Below, in pieces: positions 1-13,989 of a stretch of DNA of 34,500 nt; positions within the stretch are counted from its first letter, which is position 1; every line of letters starts with the position of its first letter. Source of the DNA: Conidiobolus incongruus B7586 (Eukaryota); assembly GCA_000697335.1 (NCBI GenBank), contig JNEM01008461.1, positions 1 through 34,500 of the forward strand, written 5' to 3'. Both the position numbers and the translations under genes were made by a program. The notes under the pieces were generated by a model. The model ran no database searches, was not told the origin of the DNA, and worked only from the letters and a program-made list of their open reading frames with translations.

Positions 1-150
1 TAAAAATTATTTTTTATTTTAAAAAGTTATTATATATATATATATATATAATTTAAAACTATATAATTTTTTATTTATTTTGTATATATATATTTATTTA
101 AATCTAATGATATATTTAAAAAATTTCTTATTTCTTCAAATCTAAGGTAA
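1..150 (-). mobile_element. 5' end (TIR plus 5' UTR) of a second copy of the mariner element found at 27089-28388; truncated by the window edge
   Basis: Bases 1-150 are colinear with about 28218-28388: shared AAAAAGTTATT(AT)nAATTTAAAA block and TTTTGTATAT. The terminus AAATTTCTTATTTCTTCAAATCTAAGGTAA|TA matches AAATTTCCCATTTCTTCAATTCTATAGTAA|TA. Similarity ends a few bases after GTAA-TA. Confidence 0.85.
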
Positions 151-1845
151 TATATTTAAACTTCAATTATAATTGGTAAATATTTAGATTAAATATTAAA
201 TTTTTTATGAATTCAATGTTGTCAAATAAAGCAAATAAGTTACTTTTGCACTTTGACAAAAACAATATATTCATTTCAATGAGGAGTTTTTATTCAATCT
301 GAAACTAAACATTATTATTTTTTTATTTTCAAAATATAATATACAGCTTTTATAATATCAAATAAAATAAATAATAAAAAATATATCAATCTCTTTATAT
401 GCTTTTGGTATAAAAATATTTATCAATCTATTCTTTTTAAGGCTTAATGAATAGAACTGATTTCAATATTTTTAAAGCTAATATCATATTGTATATAATT
501 TTATTAATTTTAATATAAATTATTTTATCTAATTAGCTTATTAACTATATTTTTAATGAATTTTAAATATTTTAGTCGTTGTTATTAATTCAATATTAAA
601 TTATATTTAGTTAAATTAATTAATATATTGTACGTATAAATATAACTCATTGCAATTACTATGTTATTATTAATTAGTCAATATTAATAAACTATATTTA
701 TTAATAAAATAAGGATATAGTACATACCATTTATTATATCTATAATCATGGTAAAATTCAAATATATATAACATATTTAATTTTGAATTAAAGTTTCAAC
801 TTTCTGTGATAGTGGACATCTTTATTATTAAAATTGCTTTTTTCAAAATTTGAAATATAACCATTAACAAATTCAAACAATAATAAGCTCAGTATATAAA
901 TTAGCTTTAATATTATTAATTTAAAGATATTTCAAAGAATTTGAATATATGTAGAATTAGGATATTAATTAGTAAAAAGCATTAAACAGACAAGTTATTA
1001 TTGTCATTTATACTTTCAATATAATATTCAATAGTTAATTTTGAATGAATATTCTAAATTTAATAATTAGCAAAATTTTTAAGTTACGACAATATATATC
1101 TTTGAATAAGTTATTGAAAAAGAATGAATGTTAGTTTGACTATAATTCGTATTTAGTGTTAACATTATAAGCACAAGTCAAAAATGAATTGAAATGCTTA
1201 AAAATAATAATAGCATATCAATGGTGAATTTGACTAAATTTGTCCTGTTCTTGGCTATTAGATTATATTTATAAAATCAAAGTATTTTTGAATATATATT
1301 TCATCCCTTATTCAAAATACTTAAATTTGATTTTAATTCAAATCCGAATGTTAAAGCACTTAATCTTATCAAAGATAAATTTTAACTCGATGCTATATAT
1401 ATTCAAAGATTTATCAATTCAATATATTATCAAATTCATATCGCACTTAATCTAAATAATTATATTTTTTTAAAAGGATAATTGGTGCTGAAATTAATAT
1501 TGATATGAAAATTGTTTGAGTGAGATAAATTCATCTACATCTAAATCCCTATAATATATTGCTTTGTCACGTAACCTATCTTAAATTAGACTAGTGATTA
1601 TCTAACAAAATATCAATGTTTTTGTAAACTAATTTATCAATTTTAATAATCCCAAAATCATTTTTAGTGACAAATTTAATTAAAAACTGTGGATCAAAGG
1701 ATGAGTGAATTTCCCATAATTAGAATCAATTTTGAATCATATAAATGGATTAATTTAATATTTTCAGTAAATTTAACCTTGACAATTATTATCAGTTCAA
1801 TTTGATATTAAAAGCATAAATATATTAACTGGAATTCTTGGTTTA

Positions 1846-3627
1846 ATGTTTGGCAGAATTGACTTGAAAAATGCCCATCCTCAGCCCTGTGACCTCTGTA
1901 AACTTAGAAAATTGAAATGTGACCGCAAGGATCCTCATTGTACAAGATGTTTAAAATTAAATTTACCCTGTTCCTATTCTAAAAAATGCAAACCTCATGA
2001 ACCACCAAAAAAGTTGAAAATACAGTTAGATAAAGCACAGTGGGACGTAACCCTTGGAAATAATTGGTACGATTTATCTAACGCGATATTAAATAATTAT
2101 GACTTTAAATTCTCCATGGTCAACTCGGGTTTATTGCCTTTACCGAAAGAAGCTATTTTGATGCTTTTGATCAACATCACTCCCAATAATTTTCATTTGA
2201 AATTGAATAAAAGTCAGTTAGTAAGAACCAGTCGATATGAAATTATAAGAAAATGGCTAATTACAGCGAATCAACAATCCTATAAAATCATCCAACCTAC
2301 TGTACATTTAGATATCAATTGTCAACTCAAATTCAATTTGCTCAACTTATACGAGCTATATATCTATCCCGACCAACCTTTCGTCCCTCCTGAATATTTG
2401 AAGCAGTTGATTCAATCCAATCCTAACGATCCCTGCAGGAATGCATTAATTTGTATGGTATTTCTAATGGGATGTGAGTTTTTGCCCACGAAGCTAGCTA
2501 TTCCCCCTCTACGGCTTTATCTAGTCCACCAATTACAGAAATACATGCCCCACGTATTTCAATGCCCAAGTTTAGTATCTATTCAAGCATTACTCTTATT
2601 GAGTATATATAGACGTCCGGTTTGCCATTCACTACCCCCAGGATTCCCGATTCCCACAGGTTATCATGGAGGAAGAATGTGCTTGAATCATGGATATCAC
2701 CTCATCAAATATAATCGTCATTTTACTGAACTCAAAGCACGTAGTTGGCTAGGCTTTAGCTGGGGAGATATGTTAAATAGTTTTATGGCTCTTCGACCAA
2801 CACTTTTACCTGAACCATTTAACTATTTTCACGATCCTATTTATTTAAAAACAGGTTCAAAATCTAATACCAACATTACAATATCCCCTGAGCATTTTGT
2901 CAACTCTATTATACCGATTTTCCAAGTATTTGACAGCATTATCGACTGCGTTGCTTCGCATCAAAATCTCCTACTCCCTTCTTCATTAAGGACGCCAAAT
3001 CAACTTATATTACCAACTAATGATCTCCTTAAGCAATCGAATTATAACGAATTCAAAACTAAAGTTCAAGCGATTGAAAGCGATATATTCAATTATTATC
3101 AATCAACGCTAAGACAGATCATCAATTCCACTCATTCTTCCCAAGGGTCCAAAAAAGCAAATGATCAAATTATTTCTCTTCTCAGCTCAAGCCAACAACA
3201 AGATTACCTAAGATTCACTTTACTTTTGTATTACTTGTATGTAGAGTTGACTATACTTAAACTTACTCCATGTACTGTACCTTCGGTTAACTTGGACCAG
3301 ATAAAAGAAACTCATGACCAACTAAATTTAAAACAATTGAGACAACTTCCTCAAACTTTAGCAGTTATTTTCCTAAGTAATTTTTGTGCTCAGTTATTTA
3401 TTAAAAACAGAAAAAATTTAATCAACCGAGGAGGTCAATTTCATTGGAACTTATTGATGCTAGTAGGATTTAATCTATTCGAATATAAAGATGATCCATT
3501 AGTCAGAGACAGAGAATGGGGAGAACGCTCGCAGTATTTCTTTAAAGAATTAAAAGAAATTTGTATTGAAGGAAGTAAGCGGTGGGATTTGGTTAAAGGA
3601 TTATTAGAAATTTTTAATAACCTTTAA
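1846..3627 (+). CDS. Zn(II)2Cys6 (GAL4-type) fungal transcription factor, intronless, 593 aa
   Basis: N-terminal CDLCKLRKLKCDRKDPHCTRCLKLNLPC fits CX2CX6CX6CX2CX6C. The middle region (PSLVSIQALLLLS, ELKARSW) resembles the fungal TF middle homology region. Confidence 0.92.
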   Translation: MFGRIDLKNAHPQPCDLCKLRKLKCDRKDPHCTRCLKLNLPCSYSKKCKPHEPPKKLKIQLDKAQWDVTLGNNWYDLSNAILNNYDFKFSMVNSGLLPLPKEAILMLLINITPNNFHLKLNKSQLVRTSRYEIIRKWLITANQQSYKIIQPTVHLDINCQLKFNLLNLYELYIYPDQPFVPPEYLKQLIQSNPNDPCRNALICMVFLMGCEFLPTKLAIPPLRLYLVHQLQKYMPHVFQCPSLVSIQALLLLSIYRRPVCHSLPPGFPIPTGYHGGRMCLNHGYHLIKYNRHFTELKARSWLGFSWGDMLNSFMALRPTLLPEPFNYFHDPIYLKTGSKSNTNITISPEHFVNSIIPIFQVFDSIIDCVASHQNLLLPSSLRTPNQLILPTNDLLKQSNYNEFKTKVQAIESDIFNYYQSTLRQIINSTHSSQGSKKANDQIISLLSSSQQQDYLRFTLLLYYLYVELTILKLTPCTVPSVNLDQIKETHDQLNLKQLRQLPQTLAVIFLSNFCAQLFIKNRKNLINRGGQFHWNLLMLVGFNLFEYKDDPLVRDREWGERSQYFFKELKEICIEGSKRWDLVKGLLEIFNNL

Positions 3628-4247
3628 ATTTTGTAAATAATAATTATAATATAATTACATTTAATATATGATTAATTCAATTTTGAACTCATTAAATGTA
3701 AAATGTAGAATAAACACAATTTTCTGATTGAAATATTTTAAATATTTTTGATTCTTGATGTCTCAATATATATATTGAATTCAGTTTTAATAATATATTT
3801 TATACAAAATCACTTAGATGAATGTTACTAATACTTTACATTTTAAATATAAAGGATCCAATTATATTATTCAAAAATGTAGTTAATTTTCCTGATATTT
3901 ACAAACAATAGTCATCTATCAAAAACTATATTTTTCCATACAGGCAGTCTCATCATTAAATTGATGACCCATAAAATTTTCAATAAATAAACAATATGTA
4001 AATTTAAATGATTATGTCACAAAATATTTATTCCAAATTACTATATATTGGATTAACAATATTGAATATTCAACTCGAAACTCTAAAATATTTATCAATA
4101 CTTTCTATTGTAACTATAAATTAATATTAGCTAAATTTCACAAATTTGATATTAATTTAATAATTTATTCATAATTAAATTCCTAATCAAATCTTCAATA
4201 TTCAAAAGATTAATTATTGAATTTGATCAGTTTATTAAAATTCATTC

Positions 4248-7200
4248 ATGCTAGAAAGAGTGTTATTGGCACTGTACCTAATTCCTTGGTACGCATGTAC
4301 CCATCTCTATCAAGATCAAGTTGGAAGATTTGATTGGCATAAGAAATATATAGGAACACCCACATCTCTTCATTCTATAAGTACTAATAATGAATCATTG
4401 CTTCAAACTGATTTGAATTATATAAGTTTAATCAGTTCAAAGAACTCAAGCATAATTTGGCGCTTTGAAGCTCAACCTGAAGAAACTATTATTGGAATTG
4501 AAGAAGGTAATCAAATATTTTTAACTTCGGCTCAAAAATCACGCTCTCATTTATACGCTTACTGCTTGAAAACTGGGGATTTATTATGGGAACAAACTAC
4601 TCCTTTGACATCCGGAACCTTATCTGTCCACCTTGATTACCCTACAATTTATCATACCCAAAATCATCAAACATTAAGCAAAGGCAGTATCACTGGAACT
4701 AAATGGAACTGGATTTATAATTTAAATCAAGATCAAGGGTTGATCCTTCAAACTGTACAAGTCAACCAAGGAGACGATAGCATTGTGTTATTATTCACCC
4801 AATTGGAAAATGAGTTACAATTTTACAGTATCAGTGATAAAGGCGATCAATATGTTATTTCGAATTCTAATACGTTATTCAAGTTCAAAGATCAAAACCA
4901 TGTTGAAAGTTGTGTTTATTATGACCCCAAAGATGATATAGACATTTTGATTTTTAAAAATTCTAACGAAATACTTTTAACACTGCTTAATACCCAAACA
5001 CCAAAATCCATTGTATTGGACCATAATGAAGATTTATCTTTATTCCGTTTATCATGCTCTAATTTTTACTCAAAAAATTCTTCAAGGAAATTGATGGAAA
5101 ATATATTATTGTCGAAAGAGTCATCTGATGGAAACATCCAATTGGCTACTCTAGATTTGGACTATCATAATCACAAGCTTCAAATCAAGAATCAGCTCTC
5201 TGTAAGTTCCCAGTCAAGCTTTATTATTGAAAAAGGAGCTATTATCACGCCACCCAATGATTTCTCTATCTCTTTTCAAAGCTATGGAAACATAGAAAAG
5301 GTATATTTTAATACGTTAGAAATCACAGTTAATTAAATTTCAATCTCTACTACAATAGATAATCCCAGTTACAAGTGAGAAGATGCTCGCAATTACTAAA
5401 GATGGAAGTTTCCACATGATTTCCAAATCATCTAATTATGACTGGGCAATTGATTGGTCTAGAGATGAATCACTATCTAAGACTCAAGAGACTATCTTTT
5501 TAGAATTTCCTATTCAGACCAACATATTAGTAAATTCAGAAAATATTATCACAGGTTTGTTTTAAACTTTATATATTTAATTTAATCTTATCAGCTTTAT
5601 AGATACCCAGAATGCTCTCTCATCTTTTACCACATATTCTCATCGTTTAAAATGGCACTATAGACAATTTAAAGTAATTCTAATCTCTTTATTATTTTGA
5701 ATATCTATTTATTTTATATTAGAAAGCTATATTCTCTTTCCTAGCATCGCCTATAAACACAATCATCAACTTTCACCCCAACCTATTGATTTCAGGAACC
5801 CAAAAATTGCTAGTGTTCGTTAATAACGATGGAAAAATCACCGCTTTGAATAGTCAAAACGAAGGAGAAAAGGTGTGGGATCGATTCTTGAATTTATCTG
5901 GTAAACTTACAAAACTTGTGTCTGCTCATGTTTTATGTTTTCCAATATCTTCGAGAAATACTCTAAGTCATTCAGGTGCTCCTATTTTAGTCCTAAGATA
6001 TGCTTCAGAGGTACCTTTAACCAAAGCTGATATTTTAATTATTATTTAATATGCTTAATTTATAGGATGGTAGACATCAATTGCATATCCTTGATGGATG
6101 GACTGGAGAATTAATTAATGGTCAACATCCTCATCTTCTTCCTCCTTCTGACTTGTCAATTGTCGATATCAAATACTTACCCTATCACCATCCCAAGTAT
6201 CATTGTAGACTTTTGGGTATGATAGACTCCAGTTCTAATGTCCATATATATCCATCAATTTCAAACCAAAGCATTAAAGAGCTTCTAAATTCTGATATAA
6301 ACCATCAACTTTACTACACTAAAATTGGAGACACTTCGCTTAATGGATACAAATTATCTTGGGATCATGATTCTAGTGTAAATTTATTGAATAGCTAACT
6401 TGAACTCCTATAATTAAATCGCTTTATAGAGCTTAACTAGCAAATCCTTATGGGAAATTAATCTTCCTAAGGGTTTTAAAATTTACAAATCAGAAATCAA
6501 TTCTGGAATTGGTAATTGCATAATTAAAATTATTTACCAATTAATTAATATTAAACTTATAACAGATCAAATGGCTAGTCCCGGAAAAACAGTTGGTGAT
6601 CGCTCAGTACTCTACAAATATCTAAATCCTAATCTTATATCCGTCATGATTCAGCCTATTAATGGAACTGGAATGAATTTGATGCTAATCGATTCAGTTG
6701 ATGGATCAACCATTTATCAAACTTCTCACCAAGATGCTGAATTAACGAATCCCTATTCTGCTCACCAAGTTTTATATGAAAATATACTAATTTACTCTTA
6801 TAACTCTAAACACGAAGTAAAATTTGTGATTTCTGAATTATATGAACCAAATAACAAGCCCAATTATATTATTTCATCAATCAATCGCCAAAATCCCAAG
6901 ATTTTGACATCTGCATTTACATTTTCTCATTCCATTACATCAATGGGATTCACTATGACCAATATGGGAATTACTAGTAAAGAAATCTTAGGTAAATCTT
7001 TCATTGGCACTATTATTCATATATTTATCTAACATTTGCATTAGTGTCTTTGGCTTCAAATCAAATTCAGGCTATTCCAAAGTTTAAACTAGATCCAAGA
7101 AGACCTATCGAAAAAATATCTACATATGATCAAGAAGAAGGATTAACTGTTTATAATCCAGCCTTGCCAGTTTTAGGAAAATCGCTGATTTCTTATTATC

Positions 7201-7548
7201 TAGATGTAAATAATTTATTTATAAATTGAACTTGATTGCTTATAATGTATATAGGTCGCTAATATTCGTAAAATTCAATCATACCCTAGCGAATATGAAT
7301 CAACAACTTTAATCCTAGCAAATGGACAAGATATTTATTTCACTCTCAGACATCCTTCTAATTTATTTGATGTATTAAGTGAAGACTTTTCTAAAATTTC
7401 TTTAATTGTCACTCTACTCGGATTAATTGCAGGAATTATTATGGTCAAACCTCTGGTAAACATTTCATTTACTAAAATGTATTCGATTATTAATTCTGTT
7501 CAATTTCCTTAGATCAAATCAAAGGTCCTTAAAGAGAGATGGGTTTAA
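4248..7548 (+). CDS. EMC1: ER membrane protein complex subunit 1; 10 exons (4248-5300, 5359-5554, 5603-5673, 5723-6010, 6066-6377, 6430-6511, 6566-6991, 7045-7205, 7255-7455, 7513-7548)
   Basis: Signal peptide followed by LYQDQVGRFDWHKKYIG. C-terminal EMC1 motifs ASPGKTVGDRSVLYKYLNPN, LDPRRP, ESTTLILANGQDIYFT and PSNLFDVLSEDFSK, then a single TM helix and LKERWV*. GT-AG introns of 48-58 bp join the ORF-track fragments. Confidence 0.93.
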
Positions 7549-9091
7549 TTTAATATTCAGAATAAATAATTCATATTTAGAAAATCAATTAATCATTGAT
7601 TGCAAAATATTATCAACAAATTATTATATGAATTTAGCAATTTAATTTCATTATAATAATCTCTTTAAACGCAGCATAGGTAGGTTTTTATGGAGCTCAG
7701 GCGAAAATTATACTCAAAATGTTTGTTGTATTCAAATATTAGATTATTATTTTATTAACGATTGACTAACAATATATCCCAGGATAGTTGAATGATAAGG
7801 ATAAATTCAATACTTTATGGTAAATAATATCAATATGGAATTCTCACCGATTAAATTGTTGAGCATTCTTTGCTTTTTTGAGCAAAATACAGATTAAGAC
7901 AAATAGAGTTGTTACGAAATTATGGAATTGATTAATGTTAGGTTAGTAAATTTTTGGGCATTACTTGCCCATTTTAAATATCAAAATGGTGATATCATGA
8001 TTAAATATTAGCTATCATTATTAAAATTTAATTACAACAAAATAACTATGAAATTAAATATATTGTTTTGGTAAAAATGGCTAACTCAAAATCAACTTTT
8101 GTATATCTTATACTAATAAATATTTTCAATCACAATATACTCATCCAATGCATTTTTAACTTATTTCTCTGAATCTTAAATACTATCAAAGATAAAAAAT
8201 GTTTCTTTGTATTGAAAATATGTAATGTATTATTTATCCTTGTATTTATAATATTTCAAATCATTCTGTCAGATTTAAAATGGCACTACATTATTGATAA
8301 CTTTAAAAATGAAATTATAAAGAATTTACATTCGGAAAATTCTACCATGAATGTATTTTAATCAACTAATTCATATACGAATTAATATTAACCTTCTTTT
8401 CAATTGCGATTCTATTATGGATCCAACTGTTTAAGATATTTTTAATAAAAGATACTAATTTATCAATTAATAACCATAAAAAGGATTAAAAGTGCTCATT
8501 TTAAGAAGTCAAAGAAAATTTTTATATATCAAATGACTTTGAAAATAATTTGACTATATTTATTGAAAAAATTGATTATTAAACATTGATTCAGTGTACA
8601 TATATTTAGAAAAAACCCATAACTCATCAACTTTAATTAATATGTATAAATTCAATTAAATGAGTTGGAATTATTGATAAAAAATCATTTTTAAAATAGA
8701 AAAATTAATATTCATTAAATAAATATATAATTATTTGGTAAGTTAAATATTGATGAATCATCAATTATATCACCTTTTCTCCCATTTTTTATATTTGATT
8801 CTTCAACACTAATACTTTTTTAAACAAATATAAATTTTATAATAAAATTTTGAGTTAAATATATTAAATAATATTACCATTTTAATTATAACATTTAATA
8901 TATAGTGAAACATGCATGAACAGGATCAATAATATTATTTGACCCAAATATAATTTGCTGATTTTCATCAACGTTCTACCAAATATTCTTTAACTAATTT
9001 AATCAAAATTATTCTCTATCTACTTTTATCATATATTCGATTTTTCTAATAATTAACAATTTAATAATCAATTTAAGTAGAAATTTGAATA

Positions 9092-11026
9092 ATGACTGCT
9101 GAAGAGCTTGTACCCAAAGCAAAGATGCTATCTTTGATTGTTAGGTAAAAGTAATAATAACTCAATTTTAGACAAAATATTCTTATCCATCATATTTCAA
9201 TAGTCAATTAGCATCTTATGGTTATGCCAATTTAGCCAAAGCTGTTGCTGAGCATACTAACACTGAAGTATCAGCTGCCTTAGACCCATCCAATCTTTTA
9301 GTTGAATACTGTTTCAAAGGAATGAAATGTAATTTTATATTTTGCACATTATTACTCTTATAATTAATTTTTATCTAAAGCTGGTGATAATGATAAAACA
9401 ACTGAAATCGATACATCCAGTAATGATGAAACTCAAGAGCAATTACCTGATACCTCAAAAGAAGAAACAGATACAAAGACTAAAGTTACCAGCGTTTTAG
9501 ACTGGGACACTGCAGATTTTCATGGTAATGTAAAAAACCATCGTATCAACTATGACATGTTGCTCATGTAGATTAATATTAGCGCCCATTCATTTTCCAA
9601 ATTACACGACCCCATACATCACTATACATCAGGCTGCCTGTCGCACTGCAGCATATAGCTGGGATGGTATATTAATTATAAGTCACCTTAAAATAAGCTT
9701 TTTCACATAGGAGTTATATAGGTAAATTTATTGCTACTGGATCCATGGATTCTACTTCCAAGTTATTTGACGCCTCAAAAATTGATGTCCATTCAGAAAA
9801 CCCAGAAGATAAACCAGTTATTAGAACACTTTATGATCATAGCGAAGTAAGTTTAATTAATATCATTGATATAACTTAACTGATCAATATCCTAGCCCGT
9901 CAATGGTCTTTCATTCCATCCCAATGGTTTGGTATTAGCTTCATGCTCAGATGACCTTTCAACCAAGCTCTATGACATTTCCAAACCTAGTGTTAGGAGA
10001 TCCTTTCGCTATTTCCAAGTAATAAAGCCTTTATAAATGATCATATAGCATTTTACTAAATTCACTTATGTAGGATGCATTCAAAGTTAACTCAATTTGC
10101 TTTCACCCTTCTGGAGATTATCTTGCTTCAGGTATATCTTTTTCGAACATGATTGGACTTATATTAATCATTTTTAGGTACCGATCATACTAATGTAAGA
10201 GTATACGATGTTAGAACTTTCCAATGCTATACACCTGGTAAACCTGATAAATTTCATGTTGGAGCGATCAATTCTGTAATCCAAATGAACTCTATGGATA
10301 AATACATTTATTAAGCCAATTTATTTTAGGTCCGATTTTCTAAACAAGGAAATATTATCACATCTGCATCTATGGATGGAAGTGTAAAAATATGGGATGG
10401 AGTCTCTGGTGATTGTATTCGTACTTTTGAAAATGCACATAAAGGAGCTGCTGTTATTTCTTGTGAATTAACAGCGAATAATAAATATATTTTAACTTCG
10501 GGTTTGGATTCTATTGTAAGACTTTGGGAACTTAGTAGTGGTAATTATAGTTTTTAATCAATATCAATCGAATAATTTAATATATCTTTATTTAGGGCGC
10601 TTGTTACAATCTTATCAAGGAGCTGTTCAATATGTAAATCATTTATTTATTGTATTTTATAATTTTATTAATATTTGTTGTTTTAGAAATTTTCTTGTAA
10701 TGCAGTCTTGAGTTATGATGAGAAATTTGTATTCAGTGGTGATGAAAGTTCATCAACTGTAGTTTGCTGGAATGCATTAACGGGTCAATTAGTCAATAAA
10801 TTAAGTGGTAGGTAAACCTCTATAGTTTTTACTTTATTCTAATATCATTTCTATTATAGGTCATACTGCTCCTGTTCGTTATATTGCTACTAGTCCAATT
10901 GGTACAGGTTTCGTTAGCTGCAGGTAATTTATAACTATTTTAATTTTAATATTTTTACCAATTATTCGCTATAATTTTAGTGAGGATTCCCGCGCAAGAT
11001 TCTGGGTAGCGGCTAAAACTAATTAA
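9092..11026 (+). CDS. CSTF1: Cleavage stimulation factor 50 kDa subunit (WD40), 13 exons
   Basis: Spliced translation: N-terminal MLSLIVSQLASYGYANLAKAV (CSTF1 dimerisation helix), YITIHQAACRTAAYSWDGKFIATGSMD, KPVIRTLYDH, KLYDISKPSVRRSFRYFQ, FHPSGDYLASGTDH, VRVYDVRTFQCY, and C-terminal CSEDSRARFW. All match CstF-50 motifs as I recall them. 12 short GT-AG introns; stop TAA at 11024-11026. Confidence 0.9.
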
Positions 11027-11836
11027 CATTAATAATGCTAATAAATAATGAATTAAATGAATTTATGTCGCTAATATAATTTCAGTTTTATACCATAGTA
11101 TTGAACTATTATTAGTTGATATTTCATAATATTTTCAAAATTTACAATAGTTAATTGGACTATATCTGATTGTTTAATTTCGATTTAAAATATTGGTATT
11201 TTTTTGGTATTAACTAGAAATAATAGATAGACTGAACTTGGCTATTAATAATTCAGTTCAATATAACTATTAAAACTAATTTGCAACATTAATATTTATT
11301 TTTCAAATAATACAGCTATATTATTTGATAAAAGATTGTTAAATAAAAAATGAAACTTAATTAATATGAATATTTTTGTTATTATAACTTGATAAAATAT
11401 ATCTGCAAATTGATCATACTAGAGTAATGATATTCAGAAAATTATATTAAGTTACAGTATTATAATACCATCTATATATTTATTAAAAAATTTAATACCA
11501 CTTTTCAATGAAAATTTATATTTTATGCAAATTATATTGCAATAATTTGATTTATATATTACATATTATATTAGACTATTTATAATTCATTCTATAAAAT
11601 TATTTTTGCATTATTTTTTTAGTGTTGCATAATTTGATATATAAAATGTGTTTTAATAAGTTTAAGTTGACTAATAACCAAGAATTTTCAATATTTTGCT
11701 ATTAAATGTTAAGGTAATTCTCTCCTATTGTATTTCAATATAAGAGACTTCAAATTTTTACCATTGTCTTTATTTTAGTGAAATATCAATCTTATCAAGT
11801 TTATCAGAGATAAACCTCAAGTCATTTATCTATTTA

Positions 11837-11858
11837 TAATAATAATAATAATAATAAT
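11837..11858. repeat. (TAA)n microsatellite, about 7 units
   Basis: Direct reading. Confidence 0.8.
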
Positions 11859-13710
11859 TTGAAATTAATGGACGGTTTTGAACAATAAACAAAGACACTT
11901 ATAACAATATACATGCGATAAGGAGATAATTCTTTTATTCCTGGCGGTATGAGTAAGATTAGATATAACTTAATTTGAAAATAATTAGAGAAATTTGACA
12001 ATCATTCCGAAATCATTAAATTATACGAAAATTTATACGCCCAAGTACATTATTAGATCAAGATAAATTCATATCGATTTTATAATAATAATAAACTTTA
12101 TAATAGAACAATTTCAATTTCCATGTATTCCATATATTCTTGTAATCTAAGGCATCAAATAGTTTTGGTTATTATGGTAAATATATAAGCATAACTGAAT
12201 TTAAAATTTTTATATACATTATAGGACATTCAGTATTATTTATCAAATATAAATAAAAAAATTAGCACTTAATTTTTGTGTAATAAAAATGTAAATTTTA
12301 AATTATCCATTATTTTTAAATTTAGTCCATATACTAATAAAATTACTAGATTTGGATATATTTTTGTAAGGTGCGAAATTAATATTAAAGGAAAATATTT
12401 AAATCAAATTTCCGAAAACATTTTCTTAATATTCAATAGTTAGATTATTTGTTTTTTCATCCTGATTCAATATTTTTCATATTAACATATATCTGGACTC
12501 AAGTTTCACTATTATTCAAGCTAAACTATAGATCAGATTATATAAAATGTATATCATTAATGAAAATTTAAAATCATAGTATAACTCAAGTTTATTAGAG
12601 TATACAGTCTATTTCAATTATTTGCATTTTATAAAGTGTAAATGATTTTAACCCAATACAGTTAATTTTGATTTTAAAAACCAGAACATTATCAAAATGC
12701 TTTGAACTTTGTAAGGAATTACTGTGTATATCAAAGTAGCTGATTTTTATTTATTAGTAACTAGTGATATGGTGCAGTATTTATCAAAGTCGAAATTTGC
12801 ATTATATTGAGCTTACAATTGATTTTTAGGCTATTGTGATTTTTATAGATTGGCAAAATTTAAATTAATAAAATTGATGAATTTTGGTTAAATATTAGTG
12901 TAATGTGAATAGATATTTTACAGAATCAGAATTAATATAAAACTAGACTTAGTGAGTCAAAGATAATAATTTAACACTGGATAATATTAATTGAAATTTT
13001 GAATATATCAACTAGTCTCAATGAAAATTGCGTAAATATAAAAATTAGCATTAAATTGAAAAAATATTATCAATTTTAATTAGTAATATAATTATGCCAC
13101 TTTTAGCTTCCATTGAAGAATTTAAAAATAACTTGGATGATTAGCTAAAAGTTGTTTTGAACTATAATTGAAAACGTGTGCTTTGGGATGATAATGGGAT
13201 ATATCAGTTAATTAGAAACAACTGCGATTGTTTGAAAATGGACATGATATCATTATCAAATAATAAAAGGATTCGATCCAATTGAAAGATAACGTATTAT
13301 TTTTTGTTTAACAATGGGAAAATCTTTAATTCTACTATCACTCTTCAACAGATTTAACCTAATAAAAATGATCAGTGATATAAATAAATAATAACTAACC
13401 ATCGGAAATTTTTCAACAATTTAAAAATATCTATTTCAGAATAATTCATCAAAGAGACGTAGTTCATTGTATTAGGCAATATCGTTTATTCAGCCTGTTT
13501 AAAAAACTTTGTATTATATATTTTTTCTAGAATGATATTCACATAATGTCATAATTTTTGTTGAATTAAAACAAGCTTTATAACATGAATTTCCATGTGT
13601 AATTTGTAACTCAAAGTTGTTATCATAAAATCTTCTAATTTTTCCCTAAAATGGCGTTCTTGAATTCAAGAGATAAGAAAATTTCTAATTTAACTGTATC
13701 ATACTTAATG

Positions 13711-13880
13711 CTGATTGGCTTATTTGGATAAAATTATTCAAAATTTAAATTTCCTTCTTTTAATCAGATCACCAACACTGATAGTAATTGAAACTATGGA
13801 AATTTGACGTATCCTTCATATTCAATCCATTAAATCATCATTTTAACTCAATTAATCTCAAATCAATGCCAGTATAAATA
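13711..13880 (+). promoter_or_regulatory. Candidate promoter of the 13990 gene: reverse CCAAT box (CTGATTGG, 13711-13718) and TATA box (TATAAATA, 13873-13880)
   Basis: Consensus motifs about 275 and 110 bp upstream of the ATG. The AT-rich background makes chance matches possible. Confidence 0.4.
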
Positions 13881-13989
13881 CCCTTCTATCTCAATCATCA
13901 TTGTTAACTTTTAGGAACTAAAGACTTTTACTTCGATCATCGTCTTTAGTATCCATCGTTCTTATTTAATATATTTTAATATTAATCAA

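Noticed and set aside
219..259. Imperfect hairpin TTGTCAAA...GCAAA...TTTGC...TTTGACAA
   Set aside because: Short, single occurrence and plausible by chance; no recognisable RNA or MITE structure.
1240..1455. Short AT-rich ORF (likewise 20301-20522 and 34110-34298)
   Set aside because: Ile/Leu/Phe/Lys/Asn composition typical of random AT-rich DNA, no motifs, and TTG starts for the first two.
11040..13600. Long AT-rich intergenic stretches (also 15000-17000, 17800-19100 and 23200-25500) scanned for snRNA/snoRNA genes, small genes or TE relics
   Set aside because: I recognised no motifs, spliceable frames or terminal repeats by eye. An Infernal/Rfam search and RNA-seq would be needed to exclude them.
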